A DNA stretch of 63,942 nucleotides, filler included, from Hyphochytrium catenoides (lineage: Eukaryota; Protista; Hyphochytriomycota): the NCBI GenBank assembly GCA_900088475.1. It is 10 parts of 10 records of this genome, joined end to end, with 100 filler letters (N's around TTAATTAATTAA, not from the genome) between each part and the next. Parts side by side here need not be neighbours in the genome. Positions count along the whole stretch, not along the records: positions 1 to 4,722 come from FLMG01001440.1; positions 4,823 to 8,303 come from FLMG01002971.1; positions 8,404 to 11,847 come from FLMG01001961.1; positions 11,948 to 16,400 come from FLMG01001332.1; 6 more parts are not named here. One strand, 5' to 3'. The position numbers were made by a program, and so were the translations under genes. Below the pieces are notes generated by a model. That model worked only from the letters and a program-made list of their open reading frames with translations, did no database searches and was not told the DNA's origin. Every line of letters begins with the position of its first letter. Positions within the stretch are counted from its first letter, which is position 1. Shown one piece after another: positions 1 to 12,815 of the stretch.

Positions 1-890
1 CATCATGACCTACCCTACTCGTCGAGGCAAGATCATAAATAGTAGGATAGTATCGACTATGATATTCCCGCATAGAAAGTTGTTTATCACAAATAAAGAG
101 AGTCCGATTCGATCACAATGCAGTATACTGTAGGCGCAGATTAGCACTGGACAGTACATTAGAACTATGTGCAATACTGTTTTACTCTTACAGTACAGTA
201 TTACAGTCAACCAAAGGTCTCATATATTTTGAATAATCCTGTCAGTGATCAGTGATCTCACTGTCAGAGTGACCTTCACTGTACAGTATTGTACAAGTAC
301 TGTATCTTATACGTAAGCAGGATAGGTCAAATCTAGAATATTAGTCCTCCTAGTTGTACTGTAGCCATCACGCGCAGGAAGCCAAGTAATGAGCCATGTT
401 GACTTGTTTTCGGATCTAGGGCCCAAAATCGTAAGGAAAGAAACAAAAGGCAAAGAATCTTTAGGGAAGTGTTTTCTCTTGTCAAACGGGATAGGTCTAG
501 TGCCTTCCAAGGTAAACTTTATTTCGAAATTTCCAAGGCCGAAAGCTTCCTCAAACTAGTTTCTGGATTACTTTAACGGATAGAAAGAAGGGAAGAAGAG
601 TTGCTAGAGCTCTTTTTCCAAAAGGAAACAGAGATCTTGTTGCTTCGCAAAGTACTGAGTCTTCTCTTCTAGAGAGAGAAAGAGAGAGAGAGAGTCAGTG
701 TCCATCTGACTCACATTTCATTTGTGTCTCTCTCACGTCGTGGAGCACCACTCGAGTCTCTTTTTCTTTTTTGCTAGCTCGTTTCCATACTTCTCTCTCT
801 CCTCTTTCTTCCTCCTCGTGCAGTCTGCTCCCTTTCCCCTCTTCTTCTCTCCTCCCTTTCCACACACTTCTCTCTCTCTCTCTTTCTCTC

Positions 891-934
<44 letters not shown>

Positions 935-2505
935 TCACTCTCTCGCTCCGCCCGTCTCTCTCGTTACCTCTATCTCAACTCCAGCATTCGCCGAATTAAT
1001 AGCAACAGCGAGACTAGAGCATGGAAGGTGCTCATTCACTTGATTCTTCAGCAAGGTCCCAAAACTTCTGGGTATACTTTCATCTACAAGGAGCTCACCC
1101 CAGATCCTGCCGGGAGCGGTGCCGAAGATGATTATCCAAGGACAAAGCTCCATTCTTTCCCTTCTGTACAGTTGCAGAGAGAAACTCTATATTGCTAGGA
1201 CCCAATGGGAGCTTCTTTCTCTCTCTCTCTCTCTCTCTGTCTCTGTCTCTGGTCTCTTCTCGTCTTCTCCTCTGTTATAACCTCTGCTGCATGCATCTCC
1301 CGCTCAGGTACGGACCCTCCGCCGCTAGAGACTACAGCTTCGCAAAATTAAACCAGAAGAGAGCAGCGACAACTGTGCAGAGTGAGCAAACAGATGAGAG
1401 AGAGAAAGAGAGAGAGAGAGATTTCGAAATGTAGAGACGCTTGCTTCCGACTATTAGATGGGAGGGAGAGAGGAGACAAACAGCTTGCCGCCAACACAAC
1501 GATCCCAGCCCACACGGAGTAAGATCATACCATTAGGCGGTAAGAAGGCCAATAGTGGAAGACAGGCGGGAAGGAAGAGAGAAAATATCACAGGCAGGAG
1601 GCATGAAAAAGCAGGAGATAATCCCTGACCGCCAGAGTTCTCTCGATAGCAGAAGCAGCGAGCGATGCTCATCAGACGAGTGCAGATCATCAGGAAGAGG
1701 AGTAAGATGTTCAGCAGGGCAATGCCAGTGATAATAACGGCGTCAGCGCTATGCTAACTTGTATGTTAAGCTCAGTCTGGGGCCTGAGCTGGCTGTCAGG
1801 CGATGGCGTGAGATCCATGTGCCGACGCCTTCCTCAGGAAGCTCTAATGTACACTGCAGGGTTTCCTGAGAAACAAAGAAGAACACTTCTCTTTCTCTTC
1901 TCTAGTCTCTCTCTCTCTTCTGATGATCTAAGAAGCATACCCTTCGTCTCTTCATGATGTTCCTAACTCTTTCTCTCTCATAACAGTCTCTGCCTTTCCT
2001 AACTCGATAGTCCGATACCTGAGAGGATTATCCTGACTCTTTATCTCACTCAATCAATCTCAGGAGGAGATAGATCCTAAGAAGCGTTGCTTCCTCGGTA
2101 ACAGGAGCTGAAGGCCTTCTGGCCAGCCAAGCCAGCAAGCAGAGACCTAGCTAAGCGTTTACACTTATTAGCTCTAGCTAGCGCTTCAGCTCAGAACCCT
2201 GGATGTAGATAATGATGGAGAAGATCGAGCGGTCTCTGAGCAGACAAGAGAATCCTTTGTCTCTTCTTGCCCTGCTCGTTGGGCAGGATGGCTTATCCCA
2301 AGGGGAAAGTGCTGCGCCGAACCCAGAAGGGAAGCGCCACGAGCTTCTTGATGGCTGATGAACGTTCTAGGAGGACAATCTCTTGAGCAATGACAGACGC
2401 CTGACAGAGCCTCCCTTGATGGAATTCTTCACGGAGAAGGCATGCTTCTTGGCAGCTTTTCTATATCTCGGAAGAGAACTCTTTGACTGGCGCGTCGTCC
2501 TCTTT

Positions 2506-4620
2506 CTAAGGGGAAGAGACGTGCTCGATGAGCCTGAGAGGCGTCTGCAAGAGCACGCACTCCCGTGGATGCCTAATGACAGAGAAGACTATCCGTAGAA
2601 TGAGAATGACGAGCGTCATCCCAGTGTTTAGACAGACTTCACTCAGAGATAGACTCCAATAATCTTCGTCTGCTGTTCCCTCTCCTGCCAGATCAATGAC
2701 AGTCCCGCTGCCGCTGCTGGTGTCAAGAGCACGCTGATATCCTTCATCGACGACCGTTCCTGTGCGAAAAGAGAAGCGATAAAAGCAGCTATCGTGGAAG
2801 AGCTCGAGCTTCGTCAGCAATAAGAAGGCTGGCAGAGCGACGATGCCCGAGAGATAGCCTAAGGTCAGATGCTTTCTGAAGCCCATTGGATAGGAATCAT
2901 AGAGGATGCACCAGAGCATGGCAATGAAGAAGGTTAGGCTATAGAAGAGGCCCCAGAGCTTGAAGCAGAAGCCGCCCCAGATCGCGAAGACCAAGACGAA
3001 GGCTTCCACGATAAACAGCTGGGCGTCAAAGGACTTGAGACACAGGATCAGCAGCCGCTGGTTGATGAACGATGAATAGAGAAAAGACACGAAGAGAGCA
3101 GAGATGAGAAGAAGAAGGCTCAGGAACAATCGTAGGCCGTCGTCCATCGCCATCGTAGGCACGGTCACGCCTGAGAAGATCAGGTACCAGAACATTAGCC
3201 ATGCGACAGCGGTCAGAGTCCTTTTCCAGGCAAATCTCTTGGCAACAAACCTCTCTCCGAAGAGACTCATCATCACCGTCATTTGGCTTTCTTCTTCTGT
3301 GAGGATGAGACTAGGGGACAAAGCTTCTATCGCTCTCTTTGTCGTTGAAGGCCTGCCGTCTCCTCCTCCTCCTCCTGCTCCCGCCGCCTTCAATGGGGCT
3401 TGATGCTTCTTATTAGAAGAAGAGGCCGAAGAAGAATGGTCGCGGCCGCTGGCTCGTCCTGAATGTTCCTCCGGCCCTGCTCCTGCTGCTATCGTCTCTT
3501 TCTTACTCTCCCACGGCTCTAATATTGAGCCATCGCTACTGATCTTACCTTCTTTCTTTCGGAAGAGAAGCGCGTCGTTGCCGCCGCTGCTTGCAGGCTG
3601 AGGAGAAGAAGAAGAAGCAATTATCTTCTTGGTGGACTGTCCTCCTCCTCCGCCGCCGCCGCCTACGGGCAGAGGCTCCTCCTTCATGGTCAATGCGCCT
3701 TGGACGATAACGCACTGGTCTGGATACTTTAGTACCAGGATGACGATCCTGCACATGAGGATCCACAGGGTAAGGCCCGTGTTGAGACAGAGATTGGGAA
3801 GAGAGAAGCTCCATCGGCTCTTTATTAGCTGATGATCGACGCCACCACTGAGCAGCAGTCCATGGAAGAGATCCAGCTTATAATAGCACAAGCCAGGATA
3901 GCCCTTGAGGTTGACAAGCAGGAGAACAGCGGTGAAAGGAATGAGATGCGCCACGTTTCCATAGCGCAGCCGTCTCCGTAGTGACTTTGGATGCGTATCG
4001 TAGGCCAGCCAGAGCATGATGGACATGAAGCTCAACAGCGCATAGACAAAGCCGTAGAGACTAAAGCAGAACATGCTCCAGAGCGACAGGACAAAGCCCA
4101 AGGCTTCGAGGACCACCAGCCCTGCATCAAATGAGCGCAGGCACAGACGGAAGACCTCGAAGTTCACGTATGCCGCACAGTAGAGATAGAGATAGCACGC
4201 CGCCAGGAGGCCAGTGAAGCTCAATGCCACTCTAACGTCGCTAGAGACCGGCAGCAGTGGAAGAAAGATCAGGCACAGCGCCCAGTAAGCGTACGCAACG
4301 CAGCTGATCACCTCTAGATAGGCCTTGCGATGGAACCACGAGGCCACAAAGTCCTGTCCAAAGAGCTTGAGCATCAGCGTCGTGGTGCTCTCTTCTGCCG
4401 TGAGCTCTCGATAGGCTGAGACCGCGTACAGCGCTCGCTGCTTATACTTTCTTTGGAAGCTCCGTCGATTGTCTGCGTTGGGCTCTGCTGCCCTGCTCAC
4501 TTCTTCTTCATTCCTTCTTCTCGCGCTGTTCTGGTTGTTGTCAGGAGGAGAGCTGCTTAAGCGCAGTGGATAGACGCGATGATCCGTCATCATCGTGCAG
4601 AGAATGGCAGCGTTCACCAT
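2506..4620 (-). CDS. Intronless 704-aa polytopic membrane protein made of two homologous ~6-TM modules; family unknown
   Basis: Long ATG-initiated ORF. The two halves align by eye (LTAEESTTTLMLKLFG / LTEEESQMTVMMSLFG; LCLRSFDA / LCLKSFDA; CLNTGLTL / CLNTGMTL; KYPDQCV / RHPRECV), separated by a G/S-rich linker. Confidence 0.85.
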   Translation of the reverse strand: MVNAAILCTMMTDHRVYPLRLSSSPPDNNQNSARRRNEEEVSRAAEPNADNRRSFQRKYKQRALYAVSAYRELTAEESTTTLMLKLFGQDFVASWFHRKAYLEVISCVAYAYWALCLIFLPLLPVSSDVRVALSFTGLLAACYLYLYCAAYVNFEVFRLCLRSFDAGLVVLEALGFVLSLWSMFCFSLYGFVYALLSFMSIMLWLAYDTHPKSLRRRLRYGNVAHLIPFTAVLLLVNLKGYPGLCYYKLDLFHGLLLSGGVDHQLIKSRWSFSLPNLCLNTGLTLWILMCRIVILVLKYPDQCVIVQGALTMKEEPLPVGGGGGGGGQSTKKIIASSSSPQPASSGGNDALLFRKKEGKISSDGSILEPWESKKETIAAGAGPEEHSGRASGRDHSSSASSSNKKHQAPLKAAGAGGGGGDGRPSTTKRAIEALSPSLILTEEESQMTVMMSLFGERFVAKRFAWKRTLTAVAWLMFWYLIFSGVTVPTMAMDDGLRLFLSLLLLISALFVSFLYSSFINQRLLILCLKSFDAQLFIVEAFVLVFAIWGGFCFKLWGLFYSLTFFIAMLWCILYDSYPMGFRKHLTLGYLSGIVALPAFLLLTKLELFHDSCFYRFSFRTGTVVDEGYQRALDTSSGSGTVIDLAGEGTADEDYWSLSLSEVCLNTGMTLVILILRIVFSVIRHPRECVLLQTPLRLIEHVSSP

Positions 4621-4722
4621 GGGATGGGCGCAGTTCTTTGGTCATTTGCTCGTCGGCCAACGACGAGGCACAGGCTGAAGGTAAGCCTTCGTCTGTCCTC
4701 AGACCCAGGGACAGATGTCATC

Positions 4723-4822
4723 NNNNNNNNNNNNNNNNNNNNNNNNNNNNNNNNNNNNNNNNNNNNTTAATTAATTAANNNNNNNNNNNNNNNNNNNNNN
4801 NNNNNNNNNNNNNNNNNNNNNN
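4723..4822. other. Artificial contig-joining spacer (N44-TTAATTAATTAA-N44); also at 8304-8403, 11848-11947, 16401-16500, 34855-34954, 49134-49233, 50732-50831, 53717-53816, 62412-62511
   Basis: Identical 12-mer giving stops in all six frames, centred in 100-bp N blocks, nine times. Confidence 0.97.
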
Positions 4823-5786
4823 TCTAAGGTTTTTTATCTTGACCAAAAACTATGGGACCGTAACACCAAAGGCTGTTCCGCTGGTCTGCCTCACGTTTTT
4901 TCTCTCTCTCTTATCATCTCACTCCTTCCCCTCCTTTCTCTCCATCTTTTTCCCTCTGTCTCTGTCTCTTCAAGATGATAGAACCCGTTGGTTTGATGCC
5001 CTTTGTTGCTGCTGGCGTCGGCTCTGCCTATTGTTTCCATTTCTAGGGTGGATCTTTGTCCTTCTCACCAAGGCTGTCGACGCCAGCCAAGAGAGAGACG
5101 GTGAGGGAGAAAAGGTGGCAGAGTGGTACGCCACCACAGCCACACTGACCGCGAGGGAGAGGGAGAAAGAAGAGTAGGAGAGCTCACACGGTCTTTCCCC
5201 CTTATCCATATCCTACTTAGAACTCACTCCCGGTGCCTTCTGTCTTGTTTCTTTCTCTGTCTCTCGCCATCACGCTCCCCTCCTCGCCTCCCTCCCCAAA
5301 AGCCAGCTAGAGTGCCTTCCCTTTTCTTTTGTCACCCTTCCGGTCATTCTCTTGTCCATCCTCCTCTTTGCCTTCCTAGCTCTATCACCTCGGGCTCTCA
5401 CCACACAATTTTGGCCTCGGATTCCTGCCTCTGCTTTCGCTTCGCTTCCCTTCCGCTCCCCATCGGCCAGAATTCCCATTCTCGGTTTTTCCCTCTTCTG
5501 AGCCAATACCAACAACACCGAAATTACCTCCTTTCTTTCGCCCCTGCCTCGCACCAAGAACCTATCCACTTGTGACGTGGCAACGCGGTCAGAAGAAGAT
5601 CAAGATCTCTTCTCTTCAACAGGACCCTACTCTCCTTTCAACTTCACAGGAGAGAATAGTGAGAGAAAGAAAAAACAAGAAACAGAGACTTCGTCGTCTC
5701 TCCTTCTACCATCTCTCCTACCCTTGAAGGGGAACTTCACTACGCGCTAAAGAATAGATCTCTCTTCGAGCAGCGGAGGGCATACT

Positions 5787-7157
5787 ATGGGCTCGTCGTC
5801 AAAGGACCCAACGACGCCTCCTGGAGGCGCGGCTGCCACACCTAAAGCTTGGGGAGAAATCAGTCCACGGCTAGTCAAGACCTGCCAAGGTTCTGTCATT
5901 GTCCCTTCAAATACAATGGAGAAGAAGATTCTGAAGCCGGCCGTAATTCTTCCTCCTGCCTCTGCCACATTGCATCTCAACCAAGAGAACAAGCAAACCA
6001 ACAACGGCACAACCACCATGAAAGCACTACCTAATAGCAATATTCCAGCCAACGCCGCCGAAAGACTGCTGGACCAAAGAGGTCGATGCCTGCCCTTCCT
6101 TGAGAAGACATACAGGATGATCGACTCCTCTCCGGCAGACTTAGCCGCGTGGAGCGACAAGGGGGATTCCTTCATCGTCTTCAAGCCAAAGGAGTTTTCG
6201 GAGGACGTCATCCCCCTCTATTTCAAGCATAAGAACTTCTCCAGCTTCGTAAGGCAGTTGAACTTCTACGGTTTCCGGAAGACAAAGGCTAATGGCAAGG
6301 GCAAGAAGAACTCCAAGAACCCCGATGGTAGCGACAAAGAGTGGTGGGAGTTCAGGCATGAACGCTTCTTGAGAGGAAACAAGGCCTTGATGAAGACCAT
6401 CAAGAGGAAGACTAACATGCAGGACGGCAACATGTCCAATCATGCCCACCATCTATCGACCACAGCTGCAACACTGGGAGAAGTGAAGTCACTTAGGTCT
6501 GATATTGTAGTGCTGAGCTCCCGCGTCAAGGAAACCAGTGAACGATTGCAGGCCGTCTCCAAGATTGTCCTGAGTGTCCTCAAAAACGGTCACCTGTCAA
6601 AAGCTGAAGCGGAAGAAGCCAAAAAGTACCTTCAAGACATGTCTTTATCCAAGTCAGCGGAAGATGACCTCGATTTTCGGAGCTCATTAGGCTCAGAATT
6701 TAGCGAGGGCGAAGACTTTGAGGATGACTACGAAGCTTTCTCGACGGAGGAAATCAGTCAGGGTACCAACAAGCGAAAGGCAAGCTGCCTCTCCATGGAA
6801 GAAAAGCCAGCGAAGACGAAGTTCCTTAAGCCGTTTGTTGACACCAAGATTAATAGTGGTGCCTCGACTGAGACTCTAATCAGCCCTCGGGCTCTGAAGT
6901 TTGACTTCAACAGCTCGGACTTCAATCTGACCTCAGACATCGGTCTGTGCGATGATGACCTGGATATGGACAAGCTCTTTGACAATGGGACACCTTCCAA
7001 CAAAAGCAGGGTTGCACAGCAATGGAATGGGATGACTGACAGCGTCAACGGCCCACTTCTCAACATAATGGACGACCTTCCAGATGCCTTCTTCGACTCG
7101 TGGCAGACGCTTCCTTCACCGCGTCATGCAGCGCTCAACCAACCAACACTAGCATAA
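5787..7157 (+). CDS. HSF: Heat shock transcription factor (HSF DNA-binding domain, coiled coil, acidic C-terminus), intronless, 456 aa
   Basis: PFLEKTYRMID...AWSDKGDSFIV...F...IPLYFKHKNFSSFVRQLNFYGFRK...WEFRHERFLRG...IKRK is the HSF DNA-binding signature; heptad segment LGEVKSLRSDIVVLSSRVKETSERL. Confidence 0.95.
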   Translation: MGSSSKDPTTPPGGAAATPKAWGEISPRLVKTCQGSVIVPSNTMEKKILKPAVILPPASATLHLNQENKQTNNGTTTMKALPNSNIPANAAERLLDQRGRCLPFLEKTYRMIDSSPADLAAWSDKGDSFIVFKPKEFSEDVIPLYFKHKNFSSFVRQLNFYGFRKTKANGKGKKNSKNPDGSDKEWWEFRHERFLRGNKALMKTIKRKTNMQDGNMSNHAHHLSTTAATLGEVKSLRSDIVVLSSRVKETSERLQAVSKIVLSVLKNGHLSKAEAEEAKKYLQDMSLSKSAEDDLDFRSSLGSEFSEGEDFEDDYEAFSTEEISQGTNKRKASCLSMEEKPAKTKFLKPFVDTKINSGASTETLISPRALKFDFNSSDFNLTSDIGLCDDDLDMDKLFDNGTPSNKSRVAQQWNGMTDSVNGPLLNIMDDLPDAFFDSWQTLPSPRHAALNQPTLA

Positions 7158-8054
7158 GTTTGAGTTTGGGCTTCGTAGGCTCCGTTTCTTTAGAATGCTA
7201 TACCCTCTGTCTCTCTGCTTTTTTCTCTCTCCTTTTCCTCTACACAAGTCTGCTGTACACTAGCACTCTCCCATTGTGTCTCTCTTTTATTTTTAGACGT
7301 CTGACCCTTGCCCTCTGCACTCGGAACGCTTGCGCTCCGCAGCTGCGTCCTTTACGTTGTGCTAGTACCATGAACTTTATTCTCCACCTCCGTATATATT
7401 GTGATAGTGCGACTTGCTTGCACTCGTTATCACGCATCAAACAGTGACAAACCGCTGAACATTAAGCTGATGGTCTTCTTAGAGACCGCAACATTAATAC
7501 AATAAATCCAAAAAAGAAGGAACTGAAGCTTCACAATCCATCGGCGCGACAGGCTCACTCCCTCTCTTACTAAGCGTGTAAAGCAAGAGTAGTAAAACAT
7601 AGCTAACCGCGACTCTATCCTCTGGTACCATCCTTCACCAGGACAACAGCCTTCGTTCGTTCTTACGCCTTGCGTCAAAGGGCCTTTTCAACCATAAGAA
7701 GAGTGTCATCTGCCTGCACACAGAAAGAGGCAAGTCCTAGTAACTACAACTTTACATACTCTGTGTCCTTGTCGACGTTTATAAACTAGACGATCACTTG
7801 GACGTTGTCACTCTGAGAACTTGTCGAGCATAGGCGCCACGTGCAGCTACATAGAGGCGGAGCAATGTGGAGATCAAGAGAGAGGACTAGCAAGTTGCAA
7901 CGGCCGGAAAGCAAGGAGAGCCCATGACTGTGTAGAAAGACTAAGATTCCTTTACCCTTTGTGACGAGAACACCAAGAACCTCAACATCTCATCAGGGGA
8001 GAGGAGAAAGCAAACGCTGGGGAAGCAAGCAGAGTGACCTTTCGACGATGGGAG

Positions 8055-8082
8055 CCGCTAACGGCGTTAGTTCCGCTAACGG
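8055..8082 (+). promoter_or_regulatory. Tandem CCGCTAACGG motif pair (candidate cis-element)
   Basis: Exact 10-mer at 8055 and 8073; recurs at 18432, 18491 and 25626. Confidence 0.45.
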
Positions 8083-8989
8083 CTAGTCACGGAACGGAAC
8101 AGCCAGAGAAGGTTATGTTTGTGCTAATAATACCTTAGGGTTATTCAGGGATTTTACTTAGGCGTTTTTGGTTGATGGGAGACTTGGAAGACAGGACCTG
8201 GCGCAGAAAGGAACAGCACGATCTTTCAGTTCGTTGATGGCAAGCGCGCGAGCAGAGGAGCGATGACTTCATCGATTTCCTGTCTGTCTCAGTCTCTCTA
8301 GCGNNNNNNNNNNNNNNNNNNNNNNNNNNNNNNNNNNNNNNNNNNNNTTAATTAATTAANNNNNNNNNNNNNNNNNNNNNNNNNNNNNNNNNNNNNNNNN
8401 NNNTTTCTCTCCCTTTGCTCTCTCCTCCTCTCCTTCTTCTTACCTTGAGATGCCTCTCCTGGCAGAGAGAGGGAGAGACTCTACTACGTTGCTCCGCCTT
8501 AAGGGACTGGTCCTTCGGGGTTCCGAGGGAGAGAGAGATAGAGAGACAATGGCCCGCGGCCGCCAACGCAACTCCCAGCAGGACAATGAGAGAAACATAA
8601 TAAAAGAGATAAAAAGAGATAACATGCCAGAGAGAGAAACAAGAGAAAGAAAGAACAAAAAAGAGAGAGAATGAAGGCAAACGAAGAGAGAGAGAAAGAG
8701 AGAGAACGGAAGAAATGCGATACAGGTCATAACAAAAAACACAAGTATAGGTAAGGCAAGAGAGAGAGAGAGAGAGAGAGAGAAAACAAACGGCGGTAAC
8801 AAGTGAAAGAGGAGAAAATGAGGGAAGAGAAGAGGAGAGAAAGACAGGTAATGACCAAGAAAAACAGCACTCAATTGATAAAACAGGAGGCCAACCCAAA
8901 AAGCAAAGATCAAAAGGCAAAACAAAGAAGGAACAAGAACAGAGAGAGAGAAAGAGAGAAAAGAAAAGAGAAAGAGAGAGAGAGAGAGA

Positions 8990-9957
8990 GAGAGAAGCGT
9001 TTTTGAACATCGCTAGCTCCCGTCGAGCGTCTGTGGGTTCTGTACGTGGGCGAGGCTCTGTGTCTCTCTCTTTTCTCTCGTCATCCCGTGTGCAAGCGCC
9101 CGTGACCGTCCCTCGGGAGCTTTGAGTCTCTCCTTCATCCGCCAGGCATGAGACACCCAAGAAAAAAAGAAAGAGAGAGAGAGAGAACTTGGAGAAGCTG
9201 GAGAGGGAGGTGTGCGGGAGAGAGAGCGGCATCTCTCGGGACACTGAGCCGCCTGCTGGTGTGCTGGAGAGAGAAGACAGTGTCGTCAGAAAAAAAGTGG
9301 GAAATTGCAGAGTAAATAACAACTTTGCAGACATAGAGAGACTGAGAAGAGAGAGAGAGAGAGAGAAAGGGAGAGAGAGAGAGAAGAGAGAGAGAAAGGG
9401 GAGAGAGAGAGAGAGGAAGAACACGAAAGAAAAAGAGAAAGAGAGAGAAATCCAAGGAGAAGTAGTAGCAGGGAAGAAGAGAGAAAGGATTGACTTACAT
9501 CGGCGCGAGCCAGCGTCCCGCCCTAAGACAGAGGATCCTGTGCGTAGGTACTCTTGACTATGGCAGGATCCACTTCCGGGGGAGAGAGAGGAGAGAGATG
9601 GTAGAAGAAAGACCAAGAAGAAGAGAGAGAGAGAGAGAGTGGGTCTCGTCCACCAATCCAGAGAGAGAGAGAGAGGTTGAGACTGGAAGACTGCAGAGCA
9701 CGGAGCCTGCAAGACAGTCGTCAGCCAAAGCGTGAGGTCAAGTCAGCCTGATAATAAGAAAGCCAAACAGAACAAAGACCCTGGAAAGAGTCCGAGAAAG
9801 AGAGAGAAAAGAGACTAGAAGCAGAAAGAGAGNNNNNNNNNNNNNNNNNNNNNNNNNNNNNNNNNNNNNNNNNNNNNNNNNNNNNNNNNNNNNNNNNNNN
9901 NGCTGGCTCTCTGTCCATGGCAGAGGAAACGGGAACAGCAAACAAATGAGAAAGAGA

Positions 9958-9996
<39 letters not shown>

Positions 9997-10557
9997 GGGA
10001 TAAAGAGGAGGTAAAAGTTACCCTGAGTTGGCGGAGAAACTTGTCCAGATAGGGAACTTATGCCAACTCGAAAGAGAGAATAAAACAGAGAACCGACATA
10101 CCAAGCCGCAGAGAGAAAGAGATCAGAAGAAAGAGAGCAAAAGAGAGAAAGAGCAAGAGAGAGAAAGAAAGAGAGAGAAAAGGAGGGTGTACCTTCTTGC
10201 TTGGAACGGAAGCGAAATAGGTTCCCAGATCTGCAGCGGAGGACGACGAGGAAGAGAGAGAGAGAGACGGCTCCGCTGAGGGGAGGAGAGAGGAAGCTCC
10301 TGCGGTCCTGGAAGCACGAGACGATGGCCTGCGCGAGGGCTGACAAGAGAAAGAGAAGACAAATGAGGAGATAGATAAAAGACAGAGTGAACCAATAGAG
10401 AATGTTAACAGTGGATGCCGCCAGACGAGAGAGACAGAGAGATAGAAAGAAAGCGATCCAGAGCAAACAAGAATAGGCGAGTCAAAAAGAATAATAGTCG
10501 AAAGGAGGAATGGAAGGGGCCAGAGCAGAAAGAGAGAGCGAGAGGAGGAAGAGAGAG

Positions 10558-10589
<32 letters not shown>

Positions 10590-11682
10590 AGAAAGAGAGA
10601 GAGAGAGGGACATACCGCTGTGGGGACAGTGGCCTGTGGTACTGTCGTGGCTCTCTTGCTGTCTCTNNNNNNNNNNNNNNNNNNNNNNNNNNNNNNNNNN
10701 NNAGAGAGAGAGAGAGAGAGAGCGTCAGCAGATCAATTCTCTCGAAGCTGAAGAGATCCAAAAGAAGCAAGGTTTGGGATAGATTTTTATAAGGTAGTAA
10801 GAATGCGGTGAGAAAAACAGACAGAGAGAGAACGAAAGACAGTGCGAGAGAGGGCGAGAGAATGTGAGAGAGAGAGAGAGAGATTTTGATAGATAGAGAG
10901 AAAGGTCTTACGTTCTCTCTCCTCAAGCTCTGGTTCCTGAGGGCCAAGGCCTTGGAGACTGACAGCACGAGGATGGCGGCGACGGCCAGGAAGCCAAGCA
11001 GAGGGAGACAGTCCGGGATGTCAACAGAGAGTTCTAGGGCGTATCCTTCTTCTTCATCTTCATTTACCTAAGGGTAACAGGCGCGGTAAGAGAGAAGAGA
11101 GAGAGAGAGAGAGAAAAAAAGAAAAGAGAGAGAAAAAAGAAGAGATAGGTAGGTAGAGGACACTTAGTATTTGAGGAGGAGGTAAGCCAAAGTAAGAATT
11201 GAGAGATATTGTGACAGGCAACTCAATGGCAAGAGGCAAGAGGAGAACGAGAGAGAGAGAGAGAGAGAGAGAGGGAGATGGAGACTGAGAGAGAGAGAGA
11301 GTATGAGAAAGACTTACTTCCGTTTCTTGTGTCGTCTCCGCCTCTCTCTCTTCGTTTATTTCAGAGAGATCATCCTTAGACACTTGCTCCTCTTCCTCTT
11401 TCTGCTCATCGGACGTTTGAAAGGCGACTTGGCGCTTAAGTCGGGCCAACTCTTCTTGGTCAAACTGCGGGACAGAGAGAGAGAGAGACACGAAGACAGA
11501 GAGAGAGAGAGAGAGAGAGAGGAAGAAAGAGGGATTGGTGAGGCAACGTAGAAGGAGGTTGGATGGCTGGATAAAGGAGAGAGAATCTTCTCACCTCAAG
11601 CTGCTCCTGAAGACGTTCGTTTTTCTGCAGTGACACCTGAAGGGCCAGTCTCAGTGCTTGAAGTTCCTTCTGCGCTGCCTGT
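8990..11682 (-). CDS. Partial multi-exon gene of unknown function (coiled-coil segments and one hydrophobic segment)
   Basis: AG/GT-bounded exon-like islands among CT-rich introns: ~11595-11680 AAQKELQALRLALQVSLQKNERLQEQLE|gtgag; ~11317-11465 FDQEELARLKRQVAF...TQETE|gtaag; ~10911-11068 VNEDEEEGYALEL...LLGFLAVAAILVLSVSKALALRNQSLRREN|gtaag. Boundaries approximate. Confidence 0.45.
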
Positions 11683-12815
11683 GAGCAGATATATATATAG
11701 AGAGAGAAGGAGAAGAAAGAGTAAGATGGGGAGAGAGAGAGAGAGAGAGAGAGTTGTGCAGAGCCTGCGGTCAGAGTATCGAAATGAGCTCTTATTTTAT
11801 AGAAGCAATGGCTTTCCTTACAGGAATATTCTAGTCATTAGGGATACNNNNNNNNNNNNNNNNNNNNNNNNNNNNNNNNNNNNNNNNNNNNTTAATTAAT
11901 TAANNNNNNNNNNNNNNNNNNNNNNNNNNNNNNNNNNNNNNNNNNNNGTCCGTAGAGACCTAAGCTAGTGACACATTTTCTCCTCATGATAGTGAGCTTG
12001 AAAGCTGTTCGTACTGTTGATGGTAGGTACGTACGCCGTTGGTAGGGCTCTTGATCCTCCTCTCACGCAGTATCCCCTCGCACTGCTCTCATGCAGCATC
12101 AGTGACGGGAGAATGAGACTAGAGATGAGCCAAAGAGCTCCGGAAAGAGATGAGAAAGGACAACTAATAATAAGCCTTTGATTATTATAGGGAGGGTGAC
12201 AGCTATCCACCACCAGCGAGACTAAGAGCTAAGATCAAAGTCCGCACTCCACTCTCTGCCTCCTCGATTCATCGTCCATCACGTGAAGAATGGGCGTCTA
12301 ACTAACGAATGAGGACGCTTTGACTCCTTCTAGGGCAAGTGCTTAGGGGAAAAAGCAACTTGTCAACGAGCAGCTATTGTCCATCCTGCGTCACTCAAAG
12401 GAGGAGGAGGAAGTGTTTCGAAGGCGTAGGAGGAGTATGACCGTCTATCCAACTATCCATAACACGCTGTCCACGATCATTTGCCCCCACCGCCAACATC
12501 ATATCTGACGCACGTTAGAGCGCAGTGGCACTCTCGGCGGACTACCAGCGCATGGCCTTCCGGACAAAGATGGGAGAAAGAGAGATGAGAGAGGAATCCA
12601 AAGACAATGCGGGCAAAGCGGACGGCTCCTTTGTTTAATAATGAGGCTGAAGGAACTGGCTGCCTAACTTACGATATGACTGGCAAAGGCTCAAGGACTT
12701 CAAGAACAGGCATACTTAAAAGAGAGCGAAAGAGAAACTTGTAGAAAGAAGGGAAGAAGGCCAGCCATCAAGTTGTGGCTGCCGTCTTCGTATCCTTGTT
12801 TCTCTCCTCTGCGGC

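Noticed and set aside
8348-9712. 454-aa ORF and the many other SLSLSL/RERERE ORFs across the window
   Set aside because: Translations of (CT)n/(GA)n microsatellites and N runs, which lack stop codons.
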